DNA of 61,566 nt, the filler included, from Globobulimina sp. (taxonomy: Eukaryota): NCBI GenBank assembly GCA_003354225.1. It is 15 parts of 15 records of this genome, joined end to end, with 100 filler letters (N's around TTAATTAATTAA, not from the genome) between each part and the next. Parts side by side here need not be neighbours in the genome. Positions count along the whole stretch, not along the records: positions 8,231 to 12,243 come from PIVH01001739.1; positions 12,344 to 16,356 come from PIVH01001740.1; positions 16,457 to 20,468 come from PIVH01001741.1; 12 more parts are not named here. One strand, 5' to 3'. Below, one piece after another: positions 9,311-19,457 of this stretch (position 1 is its first letter; each line of letters begins with the position of its first letter). The position numbers and the translations under genes were made by a program. The notes under the pieces are model-generated. The model was not told the origin of the DNA and did no database searches. It saw only the letters and a program-made list of their open reading frames with translations.

Positions 9311-11350
9311 TTATGATTTACATTTGCATATATTTCTGTTGCAATTACATTTATCAGGAATATTCGATTTACAGATATTTGTTACTGCGTCTGCACTACC
9401 AACATAATCTGTGTCAGTGAATTTAGCGTTTTTCCTTTTATTCTTTTTTTTGTAACCGTCGCCTTTAATTAAATATTGCTTCTTCCTTTGCTGTTGTTTA
9501 CATACCAATCCCTGAGCTATTTCCTTTTGTTTCGCGGAAACATCTAACCCCATCATTGACAAAGTTTCTTGAACTGCTAAAAATGGATTGTTCCAATGAT
9601 TACATCCACGCATTACTTGTGCAAAATATTTCAAATATCCCACAAAACTTTGTTTATCTATAAATCCATTGATGACACCATTTGCTTGTTCTACAACTGA
9701 TGTATTCATATCCAATAACACACCTTCCAAAACAGTTTGTGGGAATATATGTTTTCGCATCATACATGTAACAATTTCATTGATACCTAAAGGGAATGGT
9801 TTGCAACTTCCATGATGTCTGTTGCGCTTTTTATGATTATGTTTATATGTTGTAGACGTTTTACACCAATCATTGCCATTTTTCTCACATTGTGTATGAA
9901 TCTCGTCGCTTGGTGCATTATGCGCTATTGCAGATTGTTGTATAAATGTCCAAGCTTGAGATTCCGTCTCAATTGTACCTGTCCTTACATGCTTCAATAG
10001 ATATATGAATGATTGCGATATAATCCTTTTAGCCCATGCATGTGAAATATTGTTCATTGATGATTCTAATTGCTCAGTGTTTTCTTTCTTTTTTTTAGCT
10101 TTGTTGATGGCATCGTTAATTTCAACTTTCACATGTTTAATGAATTTTTTTGGAGCCTTACTGATAATATGCGCTTTATCTGGGCACACTTTTAATATAA
10201 AATCTAAAACCAAATCAATGTTAACTTGCTTCAAAATCAATCTGGATTTATTGTCACCATCTAAGCATGTGTGGTTCGCTATGTACCCGAATGTATTATA
10301 TAAACCAAATGCACTGCTGTGGAATGCGCATGGTTCCATATTTGAAGAAGATCCAGTGAAATTGCATTGCTTGGATCTCATTTCACACCAAATTATGGAT
10401 TTACTATACCATCCCATTGTTACACCAAATCCATGTGGACTATTACGTTGATATCGTTTATAAGACCATGAAAAATCACTTGATATTTTATTGACACCGT
10501 CATAACAACAATTAGAAATACTCATTTCAGTTTTTACAGCTTTGTTTGTAGATCTGACATATATATATCGTGTCATTAACCCTACTTGATCATCATACCT
10601 TTTATATGTTTTAGGACTCATATTCAATGGAACATCGATAATATTGAATTGTCGTGTCAGTTTTTGGTGGTAAGAACTAACATCATTTCCACCTTCAACT
10701 GTTTGTAAAGTCAAAGAATTGAAAATCCCATCACCTTTTTTTGAATCAAACTTGATATCACAATGCGTAGGAAACCTTTCCTTAGATTGGTAAGAAGATG
10801 TCCATTCACAATTGATGCATTTACCAATCATTTCATATCCACAACGTGTTTTCCTTGGAATAAAATCGATCCAAAGACAAACGTTTCCACAATCATGTAA
10901 AAATTTTGAGTCCGTTTGTAGTACACATAAAAATAAACTCATTCGTTTTACATTAATAATCATGTTTTGATGGCCACACTCTAGTTTATCATTGATCACA
11001 TTACTGAACGTTTTCTGTCTGCATTTGCGAACCTTTTCTAAATAATCAACGACCACTTTCCCAGTTACTTCCCCTACCGTTGGCTCAGGAAAATTTTTTC
11101 TTTCAGAGATAGGCATTTCATTATGCAGTTTGTTAGCTGTTTCTGTACGGGATGGCTTTGGTACAAATTGTTTCGCAGGGGTCTTACATGTAATGATATG
11201 ATGTTTCTTACCAGGTATTAGGTTTTTGCACTTCTTCCTTTTAGTCTCTAATGACGCTTGTCTGTTATCATTTTGCTGTTCTAGTGATGCTTCATTTCTA
11301 TTTCGTTTCCGACCATTGCTGCGTTTTTTTTTCGGTTGTTTGTTTTGCAT
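9311..11350 (-). CDS. DDE transposase of Kolobok/Phantom ('Mutator-like') type
   Basis: Signature series SSDFSW..R..NSPHGFG, SKQCNFTGSSSNME, CLDGDNK, DKAHIISK, HTQC...DWC, NTSVVEQAN; N-terminal Zn ribbon (HDCG...CINC) and basic NLS. The ORF is open to 11479; likely start is MQNKQ at 11350. Confidence 0.85.
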   Translation of the reverse strand: MQNKQPKKKRSNGRKRNRNEASLEQQNDNRQASLETKRKKCKNLIPGKKHHIITCKTPAKQFVPKPSRTETANKLHNEMPISERKNFPEPTVGEVTGKVVVDYLEKVRKCRQKTFSNVINDKLECGHQNMIINVKRMSLFLCVLQTDSKFLHDCGNVCLWIDFIPRKTRCGYEMIGKCINCEWTSSYQSKERFPTHCDIKFDSKKGDGIFNSLTLQTVEGGNDVSSYHQKLTRQFNIIDVPLNMSPKTYKRYDDQVGLMTRYIYVRSTNKAVKTEMSISNCCYDGVNKISSDFSWSYKRYQRNSPHGFGVTMGWYSKSIIWCEMRSKQCNFTGSSSNMEPCAFHSSAFGLYNTFGYIANHTCLDGDNKSRLILKQVNIDLVLDFILKVCPDKAHIISKAPKKFIKHVKVEINDAINKAKKKKENTEQLESSMNNISHAWAKRIISQSFIYLLKHVRTGTIETESQAWTFIQQSAIAHNAPSDEIHTQCEKNGNDWCKTSTTYKHNHKKRNRHHGSCKPFPLGINEIVTCMMRKHIFPQTVLEGVLLDMNTSVVEQANGVINGFIDKQSFVGYLKYFAQVMRGCNHWNNPFLAVQETLSMMGLDVSAKQKEIAQGLVCKQQQRKKQYLIKGDGYKKKNKRKNAKFTDTDYVGSADAVTNICKSNIPDKCNCNRNICKCKS

Positions 11351-11611
11351 TTTATTTTTATTTTTACTGCCTAAAAAAGTCAATATGCAGTAAATATCTA
11401 TAAAACATTGTGTTCTAATTATTGCTATAAAAGCGATTATGCATAATTGTACGCACTTTCGCAGTGCGGTGATATGCATGAAGCATTGTTTTGTATCTTA
11501 TTCGCATATATTTTTGATATATTGATATATATATATTTGATATATATATATATATATTTATAGAATATTATGAAACGAAAATTATTAAATCAGAAATATT
11601 AACAAGTCACA

Positions 11612-12243
11612 TCACAAAAAAGTACCAACAGGAGTATTTTTCTTCGGTTTCAATGCTTTGCAACGATAATCGTAGACAAATCCAGTTGAGCATAAAATCT
11701 TTTCAGACAACTCAACCAACAATGTTTCCGTTATTTTTGAGTCTTTAGGAATCAATATACCGTCATGAATTGGAATATAAAATTTGCCAATGATTTTTTT
11801 TTCTTTTAAAAAAGATATTATCGTTTCCAGTGCTTTAATTTCTATAGTTTCCAAGTAGCGAGACAATGCAGTACCATGTTTTCTACCTTTTTTCGGGTCG
11901 ACCTTAATCTCTAGGTTACTAACATTAAATATTTCTTGTATTTTATGACATTCTTTTTGAATACGTAGAATATAATCTGGTGCTAGCACGTCAATTTCCC
12001 AACCGTTTATAACTTTTAAAATAAAAGTTTTAGGGTCACTAATTCCAAAAAATTTACATTCTTTGTATACTGCTTCTCTGTTTTTTACAAAATATTTTAA
12101 CTTTGGTGTGTGTTGTTCATAGTTCAAACGTTTTGCTATTTGATAAATTGTACTTGGAACGAAATTTGCTGCGTCTAATTCAAGCATACAATCTGCGAAT
12201 AAAATATACCGTGTGTCACAGCTGATGTTGTTTAAAGTTCCAT
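11612..12243 (-). CDS. TV-Pol (PolA-related transposon/virus polymerase) domain protein, 5' truncated
   Basis: Frame is open to the contig end: GTLNNISCDTRYILFADCMLELDAANFVPSTI (motif A), LKYFVKNRE, KTFILKVING, GTALSRYLETIE, IPIHDGILI (motif C). Confidence 0.8.
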
Positions 12244-12345
12244 NNNNNNNNNNNNNNNNNNNNNNNNNNNNNNNNNNNNNNNNNNNNTTAATTAATTAAN
12301 NNNNNNNNNNNNNNNNNNNNNNNNNNNNNNNNNNNNNNNNNNNAT

Positions 12346-13335
12346 GAAACATCGTGTATTGGTGCTGTTGAAACGGCATTTTTAAATGCAAAATATCCAA
12401 ATCGTGTTTCGTTTTTTGTTGTAAATGCTGGATCGGCAAAATCCAAACAATCAATATCGTGTTTAAACGGTTATAATGATTTTCAAAGCGGACGCGGATC
12501 AGAAATTATTGCAAAAAATATTGATTTAATTTCAGAAACATTCAGCGAATCGTATGGTATTAATGCAGCAAAATCCGAATTAATAAACAAAGAAATAATC
12601 GCAAAAAATAAGAAATTTGATTATGTAATGGAACTGCACGCACATTCATTATTTAATAATGATTGGGATATTGAAACAATATCAGAATGGAAATTAGTAA
12701 ACAACCAACATTCAATATTAACAACATATCCATCCCGAACTTCAGAAATAAGTTCAAGGCAATTTGATCACCATAAAGGTTCAACAATGAATATAATTTG
12801 CGCTGCTAAATTCAAAGCAACTAAGAATGGCTGGAAAGTAACTTATGAAAATCCATGGGAGATTAAGCCACCTACAAAAGATGGAAACGGTAATTTTGTC
12901 CCAGTTGAGATTCCATTTTGGTCATCATTTTTTTCATTCGGTCCGTTTGACTATATATTGAATGTAAAATATGACCCAAATCTAAAAGTAATTACGGAAA
13001 ATGATGGTGTTGAATTCTTATATTCTTTGAGATTGAGAACAAGTGGGTATAAAATGTATGCGCCAGTTAAAGATTTAGTATTCCATAACTATGAGGCACA
13101 TAAATTTGAAACGCAGTATCGAGTGAAAAGAGATAAAAAGCAATTAAAAAGTGATCAGGTTAGAATGAACTCGTTATTATTACAGAATAGTTCCTTTGTA
13201 ATGAATAATGACGAATTTGGATTCGGACATAAAATGAGTCTGAAAAAGTGTCTTGAGATTGTTTCTGTTGATTTGCAAAAATATCACAGTGATAATTTGT
13301 GTGATAAAATTAAACACAAAAAATGGCGTTCATGA
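12346..13335 (+). CDS. GT60 / Skp1-hydroxyproline GlcNAc-transferase-like glycosyltransferase, 5' truncated
   Basis: AFLNAKYPNRV, ELHAHSLFNNDWD, ILTTYP, PFWSSFFSFG, VKYDPNL, LRLRTSGYKMYAP and VFHNY match the GT60 layout. Confidence 0.8.
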   Translation, partial: ETSCIGAVETAFLNAKYPNRVSFFVVNAGSAKSKQSISCLNGYNDFQSGRGSEIIAKNIDLISETFSESYGINAAKSELINKEIIAKNKKFDYVMELHAHSLFNNDWDIETISEWKLVNNQHSILTTYPSRTSEISSRQFDHHKGSTMNIICAAKFKATKNGWKVTYENPWEIKPPTKDGNGNFVPVEIPFWSSFFSFGPFDYILNVKYDPNLKVITENDGVEFLYSLRLRTSGYKMYAPVKDLVFHNYEAHKFETQYRVKRDKKQLKSDQVRMNSLLLQNSSFVMNNDEFGFGHKMSLKKCLEIVSVDLQKYHSDNLCDKIKHKKWRS

Positions 13336-13516
13336 ATTAATATTATAAATTTGATCTTGTTCTAAATTCATATGTAAATTGTGTGTCACTTTAAAAACAA
13401 AAATTAAAATGATGGTGATCTATGATGATGGCCATACAATACGCCATCATCAAAAACATCAAACATTTCATTTTCATCCAATTCATCCAAATCTATTTTT
13501 TTCCAAATAAAATCTT

Positions 13517-14098
13517 TTAATTTTTCCATGTTAATGGTAATTTTGCAAATGTGTTCTTCCACAAGTTTCCTTCTATTGGTTTTTGAGTGACAGCATCGTT
13601 GATAGCGAATCTGCTGAGGGTTCGGTCATTGGTTGAACCAATTTGTAAATGGCCATGTTCTGCTATGACACCCATGAATTTATCATCTATAACTGACTGA
13701 AATTGTATATAGAGAATGTCGCCAGTGCGACCCAATGTAATTGTAGCTTTTAATAATGTTTCAGCGTTTACTTCTTGTTCGGCTGTTTGTAAATGAATAG
13801 GAGTACCATTAGCATTTGGTGATGAATCAAATTGTAAATGTGTTTGAGTTCTCATATTTAATAATCTGCAGATAAAATAGATATCTATGTCCTCGTAATT
13901 GAAATATCGTCCAATAGGAAAGATTTCCCATATCTGGTTGTAAGAAACACATGTATGTGCTTCACAATTCACATTAAGTAGATCATCTGGTGTTGCTTGG
14001 AAATATCTGTGCATGTAGCTCAATGTAATATATTCTAGTTCTACACATGGTGTTGATTTAATCATTAGTAATATAATTGATAATAAACTGATCAGCAT
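13517..14098 (-). CDS. Secreted hypothetical protein
   Basis: 193-aa ORF with signal peptide MLISLLSIILLMIKSTPC; no recognised family. Confidence 0.6.
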   Translation of the reverse strand: MLISLLSIILLMIKSTPCVELEYITLSYMHRYFQATPDDLLNVNCEAHTCVSYNQIWEIFPIGRYFNYEDIDIYFICRLLNMRTQTHLQFDSSPNANGTPIHLQTAEQEVNAETLLKATITLGRTGDILYIQFQSVIDDKFMGVIAEHGHLQIGSTNDRTLSRFAINDAVTQKPIEGNLWKNTFAKLPLTWKN

Positions 14099-14280
14099 AA
14101 TGTATTTTAGTGAATGTTGTTGAAGTTTCCACTTTAAAAAAAAACAGTCTGTAATAATGGAAAATGTGATTCTTCATGGAAATGTATCACGTATGGATGC
14201 ATATCTCGTGATTTTTGATAGATAGCTAGATATTGGAAAAATTCAACTCTGAAAGAATAACAACTAATTATATATTCGAT

Positions 14281-15402
14281 CTAAGAGACTATTGTTATGT
14301 TAAAGTCATCAAATGATAGTGGTCTTCTTGTATCAACGGACGACTCTGTCACTCTGAATCTGGTAATACTGCCTCGAGGATCAACTATCTTCATATCTAC
14401 TGGACACATAGTGACAATTGAAACATTTCGATTTTGACAACCTAACACATTCCTTAATCCATTCAAAATGACTGTTATATCCATAGATACTTTGAAACTA
14501 ATAAATTGCTGACATAAGCTTACAAAATTGAACACTGTTCTTGGTAATGTTTTTAATATTAAGTCCTCAACACGAGGAATTCCAGCATTTCTCATCCACG
14601 TCGCCTGCTTCAACATAACATTCAACGAAGCCAAATCCTGTTTAATTTGTGTGTAGAATGTCATTGTCATATTAATGTATTGTCCAAGATCTGCATTTGA
14701 TGCGGGCCAAAATTCGGTATTGTTTAATATAAGCAGCAATCGATTGTATTTGTACTCTAACGTTTTGCACATCAAAATGTTCATAAAATCATATACAATG
14801 TTCATTAATGCTGTACTGCTCAAAATATCACTGACATCACATAAATGTGGTGGTTTCACCGATGCATAATTGGAGAGATACTGCAATAGAACCTTTTGTT
14901 CATCTGTGGCTTTTCTAAAATATTGTAGGTTCAGTAAAAGAGAAGCTTGACGCTTCATTTGCATTGTTTCAGATGAGTCTTGAAAATAAAACATTATTTC
15001 ATGTAACCATTTCAAAACAGATTCACTTTTACATAAATGATGAGTCAACAAATGATGAGTCCGTGCAAAACAGATATCAGCAACAGTACTGTATTCAAGA
15101 ATTTGTTGATCTCTTGATTTTCTTGAAATAATGCCAATTGGAGACAACAATAATATCTTTGGAACAACAATAATATCTTTCTTTCGCTGAGTTATCAGTA
15201 CGGATAGAAACGGAATTAAAACATTGCACTGCATACAATGATACACCGTCGTAGTTATTTTTGTTGGAGGTGGTTGTATTTGGAAATTAAACGTAAATGT
15301 TGTAGAATTCCATGGATTATACAACTGCATTGCGTCACATTCTGTCCATTCTGTCATTCCAGTAATAAACCACATTAAAGTCAATAACAACACAGTGTCC
15401 AT
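14281..15402 (-). CDS. Hypothetical protein with possible signal peptide
   Basis: Long intronless ORF in AT-rich DNA; likely start MDTVLLLTLMWFITG. Confidence 0.6.
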   Translation of the reverse strand: MDTVLLLTLMWFITGMTEWTECDAMQLYNPWNSTTFTFNFQIQPPPTKITTTVYHCMQCNVLIPFLSVLITQRKKDIIVVPKILLLSPIGIISRKSRDQQILEYSTVADICFARTHHLLTHHLCKSESVLKWLHEIMFYFQDSSETMQMKRQASLLLNLQYFRKATDEQKVLLQYLSNYASVKPPHLCDVSDILSSTALMNIVYDFMNILMCKTLEYKYNRLLLILNNTEFWPASNADLGQYINMTMTFYTQIKQDLASLNVMLKQATWMRNAGIPRVEDLILKTLPRTVFNFVSLCQQFISFKVSMDITVILNGLRNVLGCQNRNVSIVTMCPVDMKIVDPRGSITRFRVTESSVDTRRPLSFDDFNITIVS

Positions 15403-15493
15403 TATTTTTTTGCACGCGACGTCGGTAGAAGGGTTCAGTAATAATGTTATAAGTGTTAAATTTATGAATAATTTAAAAAACTTTAACGGCTTC

Positions 15494-16255
15494 ATGGTGA
15501 CTATTGCACTGTTACTTTTGCTGATATCTGCCGCCTGGTCACGTTCATTCAGTTCTTGCAAAAATGTTTATGAGTCCGTGAATGCGGCAGAACAAGCAGC
15601 GATGGTGAATTCTATCTCATTTCATGATATTAGAAGTATTGATGATGCAGTAGTAGTGCGGCAAGTGTTATGTGCATTTATATCAATAAACGATACAGCA
15701 ATATATATTGGCACTCTATTTGAATCATTCACATTATCAAAAAGTTCCTTTCCTAGCAATTCATCAATACAAGCAATGTTTGATGACTTTGCAGTAAACG
15801 AAGACAACATAAGCAGTAATCTCCGAAAAGCATACAGGTGGAATAAAGACCGAATATTAAATATGCATCAATTCGAAACAACATATTTATTAATGACATG
15901 TAATTTTAATATAGCAATGACTGAAGATTATATATTGACGAAATTCTATTCACAATGGTTATGGAACCCAGATATTGTTCCTGAACGTGAATGTTTTCAT
16001 ATTGAATATGCAAATATCCGCGGGTATCAATGTAATGATAAAACCATTAATTTCTGGTCAATCACACAACAAATGCACTTACATATTAACAGCGATATGT
16101 GTGTTTGTGAGTGCTGTGAATTCAATAATGGTTCTGTTGAAAACGAGTCTAATTTTGGTTTTTATTCAAATATTAATTCCGAATTTTCATGTTCAAAATC
16201 ACCAGATTCGACCACAAATTATTGGATTGGACATATTAGAGTCAATCTAATATAA
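15494..16255 (+). CDS. Secreted Cys-containing hypothetical protein
   Basis: Signal peptide MVTIALLLLLISAAWS; divergent from the previous gene. Confidence 0.6.
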   Translation: MVTIALLLLLISAAWSRSFSSCKNVYESVNAAEQAAMVNSISFHDIRSIDDAVVVRQVLCAFISINDTAIYIGTLFESFTLSKSSFPSNSSIQAMFDDFAVNEDNISSNLRKAYRWNKDRILNMHQFETTYLLMTCNFNIAMTEDYILTKFYSQWLWNPDIVPERECFHIEYANIRGYQCNDKTINFWSITQQMHLHINSDMCVCECCEFNNGSVENESNFGFYSNINSEFSCSKSPDSTTNYWIGHIRVNLI

Positions 16256-16456
16256 GATGTCAATATTTTGACATTTTTGAGAATTTTTTGTAAATTCATT
16301 AACTGATAAATAACTGTCTGGGGAATGGCAGATTGACCCATGAATCTAATCTGCATNNNNNNNNNNNNNNNNNNNNNNNNNNNNNNNNNNNNNNNNNNNN
16401 TTAATTAATTAANNNNNNNNNNNNNNNNNNNNNNNNNNNNNNNNNNNNNNNNNNNN

Positions 16457-16914
16457 TACCCAGATTGTTTAATCTTATCCATAAATGCATTTATTTTTTT
16501 ATACCAACAAACACTACCCAGATTGTTTAATCTTATCCATAAATGTATTTATTCTTTTATACCAACAAACACAGAAACACTACCCAGATTGTTCAATCTT
16601 ATCCATAATTATATTTATTCTTTTATACCAACAAACATTACCCAGATTATTTAATCTTATCAATAAATATATTTATTCTTTTACCAACAAACACTACCCA
16701 GATTATTCAATCTTATCCATAATTATATTTATTCTTTTATACCAACAAACACTACCCAGATTCTTTAATCTTATCCATAAATATATTTATTCTTTTATAC
16801 CAACAAACACTAATCCGTTTGTTTAATCTTATCCATAAATATATTTATTCTTTTATACCAACAAACACTACCCAGATTCTTTAATCTTATCTCTAAATAT
16901 ATTTATTCTTTTAT
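16457..16914 (+). repeat. Tandem array of about 8 copies of a 58-bp unit (TACCCAGATTGTTTAATCTTATCCATAAATATATTTATTCTTTTATACCAACAAACAC)
   Basis: Units start at 16457, 16515, 16581, 16639, 16695, 16753, 16811 and 16869. Left end is cut by the contig edge. Confidence 0.97.
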
Positions 16915-18037
16915 AAAAAAAATATGCGAAAACTTCAATAAAAATAGAACAATTATGCGATTATGCGAAAAATCGTTGCAGCTGCAAAACTAAAATTTTT
17001 GAAAACCATATTGTGATAAATTTAGAGAAAGGTTCCCTTTTACATTTGAAAGCAACGTAATATACATATCAAACATTGAAATGACCAAATAGTGTCATTT
17101 ACAAAAGTTAAATTTGACTAAAATTTGTGAAGTTTTCTCGAAAACTCGTTTTGCGTTAACTCAAACTCAATACCTCGTTGCCAAAGTTGACTTTAATCCC
17201 GAGCAGGTGAGCCAGTAAGTGTTGTCTGTGCCAAGTATCAGCTCTGAAAAATGTTTTGTGTTGGAGTTATTAAGTTCTGAACAAAAAAAAACCTCGTGAT
17301 ATATATTATAGTATATTTATTCCAGATTGCGCCAAAAAAAATCCTTTTTGTGGCCCACCCCACCAAGTTCCAAATGAATTTCTCCCAATCCAATATTCCA
17401 ACCACATGGAACTTGTTTGAAATTTTGTCAGTATAGATGACTAATCGCCAAAATCAAAATGCTTGTAACTTCCGCAATACTGATGCTATCCAAATTCTTT
17501 CGGGTGCAAAATGTATAGAATTGAATTCTGCATCTTTTCTGCTCCATTTGTTGAACTTAATGTGTCGGTCCATAGCGTGGTCGCTTCGTTTAAATGCAAC
17601 AAACTAATAATGCCAAAAAGGTACATAGACAGCGGAAACATTGTACACGGATCAGAACTTCCTGTCATTGTGCAACTAAAGTACTAACAAATTGAGTAAT
17701 GTCACCATGAAAATCATTAAATGCTCTTGTCACATCAAAAAGTTTGGCAATTTTTTAGTAGGCAACTGAATAAATTAACAATTGCAACATAATAGTATAT
17801 TATGCTCACTACTCATAAACGAGTACTTTATGGCATCAGAATAAATCAATCATTATCAACAACAAATAATATGCAACTCATTCGGGTCGGTGACTGCCAC
17901 CGCAGTGAACGTTTTTATTTTAGACAGACGGATGAATTATGAATACAGCTGGCTGCGGATATGTCACGTAATTAGTCAAATTTAGTTTAGATTTGAATTA
18001 ATTAGTCAAAGTGAGAAACTTTAACATTTTTTACAGA

Positions 18038-19360
18038 ATGAATGCAATTGGACTTAGAACATCAGTATTTGTATTGTTGGCAGCAATATCAATATTAGTC
18101 TCTTACCAATCAAACAAATCATCGCTTGCTCCGCCAATAAATCCACCAGTTCAATATTCAGTTTCAAAAGATTTCCTATCACAATCTCAGCAGAAGGCAT
18201 TAATGAAAACTGTCGAAGGTTTTGAAATTCCAAATGTCAAACAACGACAACCTTCATCAAAATGGACAAACATTGGAGAAGAGTATGAACCTTCGGCAGA
18301 TGGGAAATGCAGTCGACCGGCGACAGTAATGTTGAAGGGAACCAACAAATGTGTGTTAGCTTCCAATTTCATCGGTGCTTATCATTATGTGCTCACAGGT
18401 GGGTATAATGGATGGAAAGAATCAGCGCACAAACTGGTCAACAGAATATCAATCTTCCTTAAAAGTATTACAGACAAATCTGAGATGAACAAAATTGTTG
18501 CAGAGTTTGGGGGAAACACAGAATTAAAAGCACAATTCAGTCGCATTTGTGGCTCATCACATCCATATTTTAAGCCATATATGGTAAATATCGTATTGCA
18601 CACAGAGGGACAGCAGAGTGTACATCATATTGATGATCCATATTTTTTGAATGGATTAATTTCTTCTGCATTTCCAGTGTGGCTATTGATTGTGTTAAAA
18701 GAGTCAGGTTTATTTGCAGAGATCAACATTCCCAAAGTGGCAGCACTTATGTATATCCACGACTGGGATTTAGATCGTGAAGATTACAAAATATTTGGAG
18801 GTGAATTTGTAACGTATCCACAAGGCGTAGATTATGAGCCGATAGTGATACCTGCACTGCCGAGATCAGCGATATTTGTAGATGGAGGGAATATGTGGCA
18901 CACCACGAGTACATTTAAACCTGAAATTCAGCCGTTACAACAGGATCCAAACAAAGAGTCATCCTTAAAATTTGATGCTGTACAAAAAGTGTGGAGATTG
19001 TATGTTGATAATGAAGCAACGAACAACACATATTCATGGCAAAATATTCGCGCAGTAGTTGTGTACAGAGGATTGTGTTTTAAGGATGAGAATAGTGATA
19101 TTTCAGAATGGAAAGAAGGTGATATTACGTTGAATCATCTGATGAACGTATTGAAAAATGATTTGGTGCAAAATAAAAAAGTGATAAGTTTGCAAAAGTG
19201 GAACTCTATGGATAATTATTCTCAAGCATGGTTTTTATATCAACAATATGTAAAATCACCTAAACCAGTCTTATCAATTTTGCCATTTAATTATTGTGTT
19301 GTGTTTGTGTTGTTGCCAGATTGGGCACTGATGAACTTCTTTGAAGACATTATTTGCTGA
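18038..19360 (+). CDS. Secreted/membrane-anchored 2OG-Fe(II) oxygenase-like protein
   Basis: N-terminal signal anchor; HIDDPYF (HxD), GGEF, distal MWHT and a downstream R, consistent with a double-stranded beta-helix dioxygenase. Confidence 0.6.
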   Translation: MNAIGLRTSVFVLLAAISILVSYQSNKSSLAPPINPPVQYSVSKDFLSQSQQKALMKTVEGFEIPNVKQRQPSSKWTNIGEEYEPSADGKCSRPATVMLKGTNKCVLASNFIGAYHYVLTGGYNGWKESAHKLVNRISIFLKSITDKSEMNKIVAEFGGNTELKAQFSRICGSSHPYFKPYMVNIVLHTEGQQSVHHIDDPYFLNGLISSAFPVWLLIVLKESGLFAEINIPKVAALMYIHDWDLDREDYKIFGGEFVTYPQGVDYEPIVIPALPRSAIFVDGGNMWHTTSTFKPEIQPLQQDPNKESSLKFDAVQKVWRLYVDNEATNNTYSWQNIRAVVVYRGLCFKDENSDISEWKEGDITLNHLMNVLKNDLVQNKKVISLQKWNSMDNYSQAWFLYQQYVKSPKPVLSILPFNYCVVFVLLPDWALMNFFEDIIC

Positions 19361-19457
19361 AACATCTTTCAAGACTGGAATTTGTGATTTTATCTTTTCT
19401 TTTTGACTTTCTTTTCTCTTCATTGCGTTTCTTTTTTCCTTTGTTTTGAATTCATTT

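Larger units (their letters stand above)
8960..12243 (-). mobile_element. Putative Kolobok-like DNA transposon; one end at TTAA|GACTGTATAGG, the other beyond the contig end
   Basis: Intact transposase, about 350 bp of non-coding flank, then TTAA followed by purine-purine, as at Kolobok termini. The second end is not present, so extent is inferred. Confidence 0.4.

Noticed and set aside
16457-16914. CRISPR-like array
   Set aside because: Units repeat along their whole length with no unique spacers, and no cas genes are present. ORF 16485-16826 is a by-product of the repeat.
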